DNA of 64,000 nucleotides from Octopus bimaculoides. Its lineage: Eukaryota. Below, one piece after another: positions 35,941-48,099 of the stretch. The notes under the pieces are model-generated. The model was not told where the DNA came from and ran no database searches. It was given only the letters and a program-made list of their open reading frames with translations. The position numbers and the translations under genes were made by a program. The stretch is from NCBI RefSeq assembly GCF_001194135.2, contig NC_068981.1, forward strand, positions 129,063,252-129,127,251, written 5' to 3'. Position 1 is the stretch's first letter; every line of letters begins with the position of its first letter.

Positions 35941-36537
35941 ATTTGTCTGTGTTAACTACATCCCAAAAATGGAATCTTGTATTTTTGTTGGAAACCAGCT
36001 CCCACATCAGTGGAAGATTTATAATTAAAAAATAGAAGAGACATACATACATACATATTATTTAGTTTTGTTTCTAGATTTCTCGGCAATGGAGGAAGGG
36101 CTGGTTTCTAACCTAGATCCAAAGCTCCTTCATTGGTATTTCAATAACAGCAGTAGGATATTTGTGCATTATACATGTATGTGTGTATGCATAGGTATAA
36201 AGGCACATGGCCAAGTGGTTAGGGTGTTTAGTTCATGATAATAAGGTTGTAGGTTTGATTCTCGGCCAGGTGATGTATTTTGTTATTTAGCAGGACACTC
36301 TGCTCCATGTTGCTCCAGTCTACTCAGTTGAAATGAGTATCAGCTGCTTGTGCACCTCACTCTGGCGCTTTCTTTCTCTAACTGCCATATCCTGGATGTT
36401 TTGGTTGATCAATGGTAGGAAGCCCAAGGGGGTATCTATATCTGCTCACAATTACATAGGAAACTAAAAGAATTAGGGAAAACGTAAGTACATGCAATCA
36501 ACTCATATTCGCATGTAAATGACAGCTTTCTGTATAC

Positions 36538-36570
<33 letters not shown>

Positions 36571-36934
36571 CATGCATGTGTGTGTGTGTTTGCACGCGTA
36601 CACAGGTACATATGTATGTATGTATGTATGTAAGCATGCATTTGTGTTTATATAACTGTATCTATACAGTCGGAAATAAATCTCTTAATGACACTTGCAT
36701 TTAAAAAAGCAATATATATTGGAACACAAACACAAACTATACAAGGAATTTTTTGTTTTTAAATCTTTCGGGCATTCAAATTAATTTCATAACAAATCAT
36801 CTTCTCTGAACAACACAGATATTTTTAATAATAACTCATTCGGTCTATATCATTATACAAATAACATTATATACATACATCGCGTAATGTCACAGGTCAC
36901 ACTTTAGTTTCACCTTCTGCTCATAAAAACATAC

Positions 36935-37090
36935 CGTTAATAATTCTTTTCCCTCCGACGAAAGTTCCAGCAGTATTTGAATTCAGACTGCAGATAGCCA
37001 GAGCGAACATCGCAGGGCAATCTAGCTAATGTGTTCACGCTGTGACCAATTCGTTGCACACCCCTCCAATCAATCTGTCTCTATTGCATT
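36935..37090 (-). other. Candidate exon 2 of a minus-strand transcript diverging from the QNG1 promoter; possible coding start at 37010
   Basis: Acceptor ctttattctcctag at 37091 and donor ACG|GTATGT at 36935/36934. ATG at 37010 is open to the donor: MFALAICSLNSNTAGTFVGGKRIIN+G (phase 1). Confidence 0.45.
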
Positions 37091-37294
37091 CTAGGAGAAT
37101 AAAGTCGCAAATCATCAAATGTGCCAAATTGAATAATTTATTCGGATAAGTATAGATTACGAATCTACAAAGAAAAAAACGGGAGGAGTGATTTGTGTAT
37201 CTCTCTCTCTCTTTTCCGTAATTTTTCAGCTTTGACTTTCTTTAGAATTTTTTCCTGAGATCTCTTTTTTTTTTTTAAACGTCTAAGATTATTG

Positions 37295-37725
37295 GCATAC
37301 CTACACAATTGTGCCCCCAACCCTGACTCTGCTTTCCCATTACTTTCAGAAAAATGGGACTTTTTTTAAATGAAATTTTCTACAAATGCCTTTCAGATAG
37401 TGCAGGTTACAATTATATCGGAATTTAATGCGGAAAAAAGAAAGAAAAGAAAAGAACAAAAATTGATGGGCGAGCACACATACAGACATATCTACAAAAT
37501 GCAACTGGAAATTTTGGAAGCATTATTTGATGTGCGTCGATATGTATGTGCTCTTGCTTACTTTATTTTCTTTCATATAATTGTAATTTACACCATATAA
37601 TTACACGATATAATTGTAATTTACACCAGCAGAAAAGTATTGTAGATAATTTCATTAAAAAATATCCCTTTTTCTGAAAGTTATTTGGAAGCAAAGTCGG
37701 CGAGAGCACACTTTTGTAGGTATGG
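37295..37725. mobile_element. MITE with ~105-bp diverged terminal inverted repeats
   Basis: Left arm gcatacctacacaattgtgccc...ttttctacaaatgc (37295-37396) is the reverse-complement homologue of 37618-37725, which ends ttttgtaggtatgg. Confidence 0.75.
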
Positions 37726-37863
37726 TAGATTAAGCTACTCCAGAACATAAATATGAGAAAGAAAGAAAGAAAAGCAAAACCTGAAAATAGACGTAAAAGC
37801 CCCTAAACTTTCTTTTCACATTTGGCGTGTAGGATACTCAAAACACAGATCCCAAGAACTCAC

Positions 37864-38080
37864 GGTTTTTAGCGCACCGCTATTAGAGAGAGAGGGGGGA
37901 GAGAGAGAGGTGTATGTTCGTTAATAAGAACTACAAATATTAGAATTTTTCTTTTTCCACACGACAAAACTCAAGCAACTGAATCATTTATAAATACACT
38001 TGGAGGACACAGAGAAAAAAAAACTTCCGGTGAACGAAACCGTTACGAAACCGGGCACCGGAAATACGTTTCCACAGCTT
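37864..38080. promoter_or_regulatory. Probable bidirectional CpG-rich promoter (QNG1 on plus, unknown transcript on minus)
   Basis: ETS-type motifs acttccgg (38023-38030) and ccggaaa (38058-38064) in opposite orientation. Minus-strand donor ACC|GTGAGT at 37864/37863. Confidence 0.55.
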
Positions 38081-39734
38081 TGGAAAATTATTCTTTTAAT
38101 TATTATTTATATACGTGTAAATTTTTAATTTATTGCTATATTTATCTGTTTATGATTAATTTAGAAAGATTTAGTTAACAGGATTTCCTCGTCAAATTAA
38201 AAAGAAAATATACATTTAAGTTATTACAAAAAACTATTTAGAATATTGAGTGTCAAAGTATTGATGGAGACGAGATACATTCCTTCCCTTTATGTTCCTT
38301 GAACTTTTGAAACAAAGATAAATAGCTTAATGCAAATAGTTACTGTTTCTACAAAATATTTTAATCTGCTTTCTTTATACATATTTTTCATTCACACCTA
38401 CTCACAAGCCAAATTTCTTCACATATAATTCACAGAACGAAGAGTAAGTGTCAAAAATATCTTTATTTAAACTTTAATTAGTTAAGCTAAATATTCAATA
38501 GTGTTTCTGACCCTCTATTATTTTTGTCCCTTCATAATCGCGTTCAGATCCACACTTAATTTCGTTAAAGACTATACCTTTTTCTAACTCAAGAGATAAA
38601 TACTTTTTAAATTTATATATTTTTTTATTCTTTATATTTTTAAACCTTTCTAAGCAAAACCAAACCAGATTAGCAGGGTTCAGTTACCAACATTGTCTGA
38701 CACTAATTGTTTTGTATTAAAGTACTAATTATTTCTAAGCCAATCGCTATTTTAGGCCATTCTTGCAGTACATGCCCTTACGCTTGATTCCTCTTATTTA
38801 TTTACATATTACGATTTTATTAACTGAAATTCAAAGATTCGCCGTTTGCAGATTCTTCATGTCATTTTCTTTTTATGTATTTTCCCGAATTGTTTTGCTT
38901 TCATTATCACTCCCCCAGAATATGTACTAAAAGAGAAAAAAAATCGCCGTGTTATATATTAATCCTAGGTATATATTCAAATTAGAATGGTTACATTCCC
39001 AAGAGGTCATTGCTCCGGCATTAACTAATGTTACTACTTCCACTGAAGCCACTATTGTCATCAGTATCCACACGGCTTACAAATAAGGGACACATTGGAT
39101 AATGTATAGTCCTTGACACCCCGTAAAACGATGAGATGGTTATGGTTGAACTGGCTTTGATTATAGATTTGCTCAATCAAGATTTACCTGGAGTTAAAGA
39201 TCATCAAAAGTACTAAGCATCATTGCTACCAGCAATAACGAGATTGTATTATCATCACTAACGTTATGTCTCTTACAAAGAAGTCGTACCATGATTACAA
39301 TGAAAGAAAGGTCAATGTCTGAAAGCTTTTTTATTATCAATTTTAAGTAAAGAATTGGAAGTGTACAAGTAGTTATTTCCCTTTGAATTATGCCAAAGTT
39401 GATTTTCATTAATCCAGGAATGGGAGGCGAGACATGTCGCATCGTTTTCGTTGACTGGATTTGTTGAATAAGATAATTATTAGTTCTCACTACCGGGATA
39501 GTTAGTACCCACTTTTCTACATTTATATTTATTTTTCACACACAGACCTGTATGTGTTTCTTTAAACATATACAGAACCAATAAAATCTCATGTCTTTGT
39601 AGACATCTTTAAGATTTTTAAACTGCGATAATCCTGCTGATTTAGATTTTTTTTAACCTATCTTCATTTGTAACGTTTGATGTACTTTTATCATTTAGGT
39701 CCGTTCCTTACACACACACACACACACACACACA

Positions 39735-40605
39735 TAGAGGGTTGATCACTAAATATCCGGACTGTTGCTACAGTGTAAAGCCGCGTCGCACAGATTGACC
39801 TTGTACTCTGCTGTGCATACGCAATCAGTTTTAACGTTCTAGCTCACTTCCACTGTTTAAAGGAATGCTTAGAAGGAAGGTGTGTAGCGTTTGATCGTCG
39901 CATTGACCATGACAGAGAAAGTTGAGCAGAGAAGCTTCATCAAATTTTGCTAAAAGCTTGGCAATACCTGCACAGAGGCCTACGTAAAGTTTTCAAAAAG
40001 ATTTCATCGTTTTCAGTACAATCAAGATCTTGTGCAACTGAAACCCAAATGTCCTTTTGGTCAGCTGAAAGCAGTTTTGGCACAAACTTGGCAGACACGC
40101 GTCTCATACCCAAATCTTCAGTGGTAATGGATTGAACTGAACCGTAACTAATCTGTACATCCTCTGACAACTCACGGATGCTGATTTGACAATTTCCCCT
40201 CACAGCTGCATGCACATCTGCGATGTTTTTCTCAATTCTGCTGGTTGCCGGTCTCCCAAAACGTTCGTCAATAGACATTTTTCGGCCATCTTAGAAACGT
40301 CTGAACCACTCTTACACTTGTGTGCGGCACATACACTCCTCTCCATACACTTTCTGCAACTTTGTGTAGGCCTCTAAGCAGGTATCGCCATGACAACTTT
40401 CTCTCTCGTTGTCAATGCAACAATCACACACTACACACCTTCCTTCCACTCAGTGCTGCAAACAGTGGAAGTGAGCTAGAACATTAAAACTTAGTATACA
40501 TGCACAGCAGAGTTTAAGGTCAATCTGTGCCAAGTGGCTTTGCTCTGCGTGCTTTAGCTTCGTTACTATGGCAACAGAATAGATACTTGTTGATCAGGCC
40601 TTGTA
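39735..40605. mobile_element. Mariner derivative made of two inverted 5' ends
   Basis: 39735-39983 (+) carries the TIR and MTEKVEQRSFIKFC..LGNTCTEAY. 40605-39984 (-) carries the homologous TIR and transposase up to VSAKFVPKLLSADQK...FLKTL. TA at both outer ends. Confidence 0.8.
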
Positions 40606-40793
40606 TAATGTAGGTATCAACAAGTTTGCATGGTTAAATGGTTCATTTCATAACCATGTTGTTTTAGGTTCCACCTTACAGTGTGGAAGCCTCAGGATGA
40701 CCAATTCCTTGTGAGTAAAACTTGTAGATAGAATCCCATTGTGTGTGTGTGTATTACATATATGTCTATTACGTGTATGTCTATATATATGTA

Positions 40794-41235
40794 CAGGGGT
40801 TGGACAAAATAATGGAAACACCTTAAAATTTCAAACAAATTTATTTTAATATGGGGTAGGACTGCCTTTGGCAGTAATTATAGCAAGAATTCTACAAGGT
40901 ATGGATACGTACAAAGTTTGAATTGTTTCCAAAGGAATTTTTCTCCATTCTTCAGCTAAAACAGTCTTCTGTTCTTGTAGTGGTGTTGGTGGAGGATATC
41001 GACTCCTGACTTGTTTTTCTAAAATGTAGCATAAATGTTCAATAATATTGAGATCTGGGCACTGTGGTGGCCAAATAAGATGTTCAACTTCAGTAGAATG
41101 TTCCTTGTGCCATTCAGTAACAACTTTAGCTATGTGAATTGGTGCATTATCATCCTGAAAGATTGCGTTTACCTCTGGAAACAGTTCTGCAACCATAGGA
41201 TGAATTTGATCAGATAAAATGCTTAAACAGTCTTG
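40794..41235 (-). mobile_element. Tc1 (DD34E) transposon 3' fragment with TIR
   Basis: AIFQDDNAPIH...WPPQCPDLNIIEHL...AKGSPTPY*; TA-caggggttggacaaaataatggaaacac terminus. Confidence 0.92.
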
Positions 41236-42229
41236 ACTATTAATCCAAGAAATTTGGAATTGTGTAAATGTATGAATTTTAAACATACACACACACACAG
41301 AGAAAATCTGCCTTTTATAGATAAGATATATTTTATAAATTATGTTTGTGACTAGAGAATGTTGGTAAGGTTTTGTGAAGCTACAGTGAAAGTACTCTTC
41401 CACACAATCTTTATAAACACAAAACTGTAACCTGTTTAACAGAACTGCCAATATTGTTGTTTTCAGTTGAAAAAGGAGTTCCTCTTCCAACAGTTAAGCA
41501 ATTTAACAAAGTTGATTAAAGATTACTATTATTACTACTACCACCACCACCACATACATCATCAATTAACATCATCATCATTAGCAAAATAAAAGGGGAT
41601 TAAGGTGTATTAGCTCACATAATCTACTATATTGTTCCTTTGTAAAATATGATCTATAAAGACAAGAAAAATATTTAATAAATGATTTGTTTTAAAGCAT
41701 TTTATCATCAAAGGAATTTTAGTTAACATATTTGTTGTTTTACATTAACTTCATTATTCATATCATATTTTTCTGCCTTTTCATGTCTTTCTATCCCTAC
41801 CAACAACTTTAGAATAATGTTATTGTCTAATGTATATTTCAAACTACTGAATATGATACCACATTTTAACCAGCCATATCCAGCCCCAAATAATTTACCT
41901 GTTTTATATTCAAGCCAGCTAGATCCAGTTTCTCATACCTACCCTACAATGTCATTCCAAAAATAAACAATCAGATCATCAAAATCTTGGAGATAAACAT
42001 TACATTTAATAGAGTAATCTGAATGCTGAATGCCTTTCAATCATCTTGTTCACTTTGTAGCTAGCTGGGTAGTTGTAATTCATACTGCAAATACTCAATT
42101 ATGTAAATTACATGAATCTATGCTAATTTTTGAAAAATGGTTCAAAATAATATCAGACAACTGTGAGATTGATCTCGTTAAAGTAGTTTTAAAATGTATC
42201 ATTGTATAATAAAACCTATGGAGCTAATG

Positions 42230-43330
42230 CAGAGGGTTTACAAGAATTTGAAAGGAATGAGTTGAGTATGATCTGTTGGATGTGTGGTGTTAACCTCTGG
42301 GAGTTGAGCACAAATGAATTGAAAAGTAACTGAGCATTTTAAAAAAGTGTTCATGTCTGCAAAAGAGATGGAAACAATAGAATGGACATACAGTGTAAAC
42401 AGAGGGAACAATTCAGGTGAGAAGGTGCCATTATTTGTTAGTAGAAAATAATCCAGGGTCAAGGAAAACTTTGGAATTCATAGTTAAATTGGATCTAAGA
42501 AAGTTGGTTCCTATAGAATACATAAGATTCAGTTGCATTGATGTATGCTCTATTACATATATATCCAATAAATGCTAGCAAATCATCTAATATTGACCAC
42601 TTGAGTGGAAACTAGCAAAGAAGCTTACTATTTTCAAATGAAACAAATTATATTTAAGAAAGTGATGACGAGGAGGGTGGTCAAGATGGTGGTCAAGATG
42701 CAAGAAAGAAGATTGATCTGGTACGGTTATGTAATGCATATGAATGAAAACAGGTGCATCAGGAAGTGCCAGTCTCTAATTGTGGGGGAAACATGTGGAA
42801 GGGGTAAACCCAGTAAGACATGGGACAACGTGGTGAGAAAGGATCTTTAGACATTGGGCCTCACAGAGGGGATAACAAGGGACCAAAACGACTATCTTTC
42901 ATTTTGATTACATTTTACATCATTTCTAATCTATGCGCGTTTGTTTATGTTTCCGTAAAAGGGTTAGGGTTACGGTTGGGGTTAGGGACGGAATTCCCTA
43001 ACCCTAACCCTAAAACCCTTTTATGGAATGATCTTGTTCAGAAATATAAACAAATGCACATGGATTAGAAATGACGTAAAATGTAATCAAAACAAAAGAT
43101 CGCCCAGGCATGTCCCCTGCATCCCTCTTCAGCTGAGTGATCCTAATCTTGTAGGTTTGTGGGTGCTGGTGCCACATAAAAAGCACCCATGCCAGTACAC
43201 TCTGTATGGTGGGTAGTGTTAGAAAGTGCATTCAACTGTTGAAGCTATGCCAAAATAAACATGGAGCCCAGCCCAAACTGTCCAACTCATGCTAGCATGG
43301 AAAATGGATGTTAAATGATGAGGATGATGA
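42230..43330 (+). mobile_element. RTE LINE 3' end, interrupted by a palindromic insertion
   Basis: ERNELSMICWMCGVN; QERRLIWYGYVMHMNENRCIRKC...GRGKPSKTWDNVVRKDL; (GAT)n tail near 43315-43330. Confidence 0.8.
42890..43105. mobile_element. Palindromic MITE-like insertion with a head-to-head telomere-repeat core
   Basis: Inverted arms atcttt..ttttgattacatttta.. around gggttagggttacggttggggttaggg-acggaatt-ccctaaccctaaccctaaaaccc (42961-43018). Confidence 0.8.
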
Positions 43331-43489
43331 TAATATAAAAGTTTAAAACATTAAATGCCTAATGCTAAATTATTTATTGGATTTAGAATGTGTTTGGTGT
43401 AGTTCTAAATATCTGCTGTATTTTGTATCACAATAACTCATCCTTTGTTTTTGTTACCAGAAACAGTGTTTACTAAGTGATTTGTCAAT

Positions 43490-43594
43490 ATGTCTGAAAG
43501 CATCTTATCACCCAAAGCTTCCAGCCAGTATATAGCAGAAACAAGTAAAGATGTAACAATATGCTCTGAAGGTGTAGCAAAAGTTGCTAATTTG
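43490..43594 (+). CDS. QNG1: Queuosine 5'-phosphate N-glycosylase/hydrolase (queuosine salvage protein, DUF2419), coding exon 1
   Basis: Acceptor ttaccag at 43460 gives a short 5'UTR part. MSESILSPKASSQYIAETSKDVTICSEGVAKVANL resembles the C9orf64 N-terminus (L.P.ESS..IAE.S.DV.I...GV..VA). Donor GTAAGT, phase 0. Confidence 0.9.
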
Positions 43595-46397
43595 GTAAGT
43601 CCAAAGATGTTCCCATTTTTCTTTTAATCATTTGTTTTCTAAGCAGTTTAATCATACAACATAAGAAAACTTATTCAATGCAGTGGATAAGTTCTTGTAG
43701 TATAAGACTAAATCTAACTGCATAGGTTCAAACCATGTCACAGACAGTAAACTGGATGTATCTTTGGGCAACTAGTATTGTTTTCTCACTTCACTAAACC
43801 CAGTTAAGAAGCAAAAGTACACACTGTAGTTGATGTAAAAATAATTGCATATTCTGCATCATTTTTCTATAATTCTTTTGAGTGTCTTCCCAAATTCAGC
43901 TTGTAAGTCTTTTGGTGTTATTTGCTTGTCACAACACTTTACTTCCCCAAATTTCTTTGTAAATGTTTAAATTAATATATTCCCCTTTTTCCTATGAATA
44001 CTTTTTCATAGTTTTATGGCTTTTGGCTACTTTTTCAGCTAAAAGTCATGGTCACCATGGTCATTAAGCATTTAGTATTTAAACTGGCCCAAATATATTA
44101 CCTCTTTTACATTCAAACTGACTAGATCCAGCTCACACTTATCCTACAATGTCATTCTAAAAATAAACAATTACATCATTGAATTCTTGAAGCTACAAGA
44201 TAATACATAATAAATTCAAACCAATGTAGATAAATATGCATTACACTTGATAGAGTAATCTGGATGCTGAAGATTTAAGGTACAAGTCATCCAGCTGAGT
44301 GGTTTTCATCAACAGCCTGAAAAATAAATACATACTACAGCTAACTTGACTGTTGTTAACAATAGTCCTTCTTGGAAATGAGACTAGATACACTAGCATG
44401 TTTCCAATGATCTTAATTTAATACCCCCCCCCCCAAAAAAAAATGTTAATTAGAATAACACTTGTAGTAAGGAGAAATAATAAACTTAATGCTTAATTCT
44501 AGTTAAGAGCCGTAGGGTAGACAAACAGCAGTGTGTTTGTTTGATCTTGATATTTTTCTTCTCAATATGGTTGTAATTTTAATGAATTAAATATTTTTGG
44601 CTCACTATACTGTCTGGCATGGATGTAACTATTTGCTTTTTCATACAAATGTAATTTCTCTCAAGTTATTTTTTTTCGTTATCATGTCTGAGTTTATTCA
44701 CTCAAACTCTGTTTATGTCTGTATCATTTTAGGTTCAGACAAATAGCACTGGAAATGTAATAAGATAAAGATATATCTAGTACTATCACCAGACTTGCTC
44801 TCCATTAAAGCTGTCATTCAATTTTCAATTGATAAGAATAGAACCAGTGAAAGATGTTGTGGAAAGAAAGGGAAGGAGACAGTTGGGTCATGTACCAAGT
44901 AAGGATGAAAGTAACTAAGAGCAGTGATGGAAATGAATGTGGAAGGAAGTAGAAGAAGGGGGAAACTGAGAAAAAGATAGCTAAAAGTAATGGAAGAGAA
45001 AATAAAGAAAGAGGTGTTGTTGAAGGTGAATGTAAAGGATAGAACAAAATGGAATAGATTGTTATAGAGACCACAAGTCTAACTTCTGCTTTAACTGGAA
45101 AATTGCCTTAAGATGTGGTTGTTGTGGCTATTTCTGCTGGTGATTTATTTTGTGAATGTTTTTTATAATTTTTACTACAGGTATAGTTTTAATCAATTAA
45201 ACATTTTCTTGGCCTTACTACATTACAAGAATTTTTACAAATAAGCAATCAGTTATTAAGTGGCAATGCTCCTTATTTTTCAGTTGAATAGTTTGAAGAA
45301 AATAGAGTATTATATATATTTTTACAAAAAACACAATGTCTGTTGTGCTTTTGTATATGCATGCATGCGTGTGTGCGTGTGTGTGTGTTGTGAGTATGTG
45401 TGCATTAAGCTTATTTAATGCTTATACATTTTTATATTCTCCCCTTTTTAGTGCCTTTTTTTGTAGGCTATTATCTGAGTTGTTGTTTTTTTTCTCATTA
45501 GTCATATGGATTAAAGGAGTAGAGATATATTTCTAGCTGATTGCCTTTTAAGTAGCAAACTAAAAGAGAATATAGCTTGGTTTTGAAGTGTCATTTTTTT
45601 AGACCTGTCACAGATTTAGGAAATAAAGTATTCATTCAGTGATTGTTTTATGTTACTGAGATGCTATTAGTCTCTATGTTAAATGTACAATCATTGTTTT
45701 CCTCTTAATTTTCATTTAAATCACTTCTCTTAGTTCAGTTGGACTGGCACTTATAGAAGCTTGAACTCAAAGTTGTGAGCCACCAAACCAATACAGTAAA
45801 CATCTATGTAGTCTATCATGCTGCACCTGACTCATGCTTCTTTTTTCAATGACCTCATATATAACACATCAATCCAGGTAGATGAATGACTAAATCAGTC
45901 TTAAACAGTGGTTCTTAACTCCAGTAATAACACTGTTATAGAAGCATTGTGAAGTCACTGGGTTTCACTAGAGGAATGGACACTTGGTGTTTAGAAGGAC
46001 TGTTATTTTTCTTATAAATAACATTTTTAAACTGGGTACAATATTTATATCTTGAACACACTTTCAACAGAATCTATGTTTGGATTAAAATATGAATTGG
46101 ACATTGTGTTATGAGTGAGTAGAATCATGATTGTTGATGCACCAAGGTCCAATATCATTCCTTAAGTCAGTGCCTTCTTTCTGTGATTTCCATAAAAATT
46201 TAATATTGAGGTACCAGTCCATGCAAATATCTAAAAAGGGGCACATGTTGCTGAGAATAATATAAGAAAATCTGGATAGTAAACTACTGTACAGAATTCA
46301 CTTCTATTTAATTAGAAATAACCTGTTTTTTTAATATAAGCAGGAGTCATTCTTTGTCATTTAACTAAATTATTATTTCCATGCATTGTCTATTTAG

Positions 46398-46492
46398 ATA
46401 TATGAATCTGTGAAGAATAAAAGTTTTGATATAAAAAATTGGAAGAAGCATGCACTTAACCCAAAGACAATGGATGTCAGTGCTGTCGACTG
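46398..46492 (+). CDS. QNG1: QNG1 coding exon 2
   Basis: tatttag|IYESVKNKSFDIKNWKKHALNPKTMDVSAVD+TG|gtaaat; phase 0 to 2. Confidence 0.9.
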
Positions 46493-47106
46493 GTAAATTG
46501 TATTTTAACTTCACTATAACATTTAATTACATAATTCATAATTCTTTGTACATTGATACATGTTGTCATGTTAAATATTTATGCATGCAAGTGTGTGTGT
46601 GTGTGTGCGCGCGCATGCGCCCCTGCCTGTATTCTATTTGTATTTGTGTGTATATATGAAACATCAGAGTTTATCTAGGTTTTCTACTAATCATCATGAA
46701 GAAGTTTGAAATTTGAATTCTCATTTGATCTTCTCCACACAAACAACCTCACTTAAAAAGTAATTTTGATCTATGTAAAATGGACTCAAGTTGAAGTTTT
46801 CTGTAAGGGTGATCATGACTGAGACTTATATATATATATATATAAGAAATACAGTCACTCTCTCTCTTGCTCTCTCCCACACAAAAAAGATGTATGCATA
46901 TGTATTTATGGGTGAAGGTAAAGAATATGCACACCCAGTGTTTAGGGTTAGGGCTATGCCGAAAACAGGTGGTGTAGATATTCTTTACCTCTGCCCATTT
47001 ATGTACGTGTATATGAAAGATAATGTGTGTGTGTGAGTGAGGAAGAGAGAGAGTGAATGATACTTACGCATGCATGCAAAAAAATTCATACATCACAACA
47101 CACCTT

Positions 47107-47157
47107 CACTCACTCACTCACTCATTCTTTCTCTCTCACTCATTCTTTCTCTCTCAC

Positions 47158-47236
<79 letters not shown>

Positions 47237-47247
47237 CACACACACAC
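47107..47247. repeat. Compound (CACT)n/(CT)n/(CA)n microsatellite
   Basis: Seen directly; produces spurious SLSL ORFs. Confidence 0.97.
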
Positions 47248-48099
47248 GTCCATTTCATATACATGTACAGCTTTCACTTTCTCCTCTCACTTCAAAGCAA
47301 ATGTTGCTTTTTCACTTTATCTTCTCTTTCAATTTCTGCTCTCTTCAAAGTATAAAGAAATTAAAAGAATTCTATGGAAATTAACAAACAATCATATAAT
47401 CCCACATATGTCGAGTTGACAACTTTGCTTCTTCAAACGAAAGAATGCCATAAAATAACTTCCTATGATACACACACATATACACACGCTCTAGGTAAAA
47501 CTTCTGTGTGAATTATGCCATTTCTTGCAGTGTGCATGCACAGATTTAAAGCTTACATCCAATTGAAATGATCTTTTTCTATTGTGTAATTTTTGTTTGT
47601 GATGAACGTATTTAAAAACCTGATCTTCAATATAAACTTTAAAGAAAGTTTTCTCAGAAATTCTGTCCTTTACCTCTTCTTTCTAGTATGTCCAAGGTGA
47701 CATTTCTGCTCCTTATTTCTGCCTTATTTATTTCCTAAATTTCTTCCGATTCCTATGTTTGCAATTCAGGACACCCACAAAACATGTTCTCAATATTTTA
47801 ATTTTCTCCCTCTCCACACCAAATTCATTTTTCACTTTTTTCAAATATTTCTTTCTTGGTAATCCATGGAGTAAAAACAGAGTATGAATCTTTAATAATT
47901 TTATCCATCACCTCGCCACTTTCAAAAAGCTACACACTTCCAATGTTTCACTTTTAGCTTTTTGGAAAGCGGAGAAGTTTCTTCAGAAATGATGTCATTT
48001 ACCTGTTGTTTCTAGCATGTCAGGTTTTCTGTTGGTTGTCTGGTATTTTTTAAGTTTGCTATTTCAGTAGAATTCTACGCATGCAGGAATGGGTAATCC

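Noticed and set aside
40846-41490. 214-aa ORF as a complete gene
   Set aside because: Only the C-terminal ~120 aa are Tc1 transposase; the N-terminal part is flanking DNA that happens to be open.
42961-43018. Ancient telomere-telomere chromosome fusion scar
   Set aside because: Only ~4 degenerate repeats per side, enclosed by non-telomeric inverted arms and inserted in a LINE remnant within a gene; a mobile palindrome is the simpler explanation.
47053-47419. Three overlapping ~100-120 aa ORFs (SLSLSL...)
   Set aside because: Translation of a (CT)n microsatellite.
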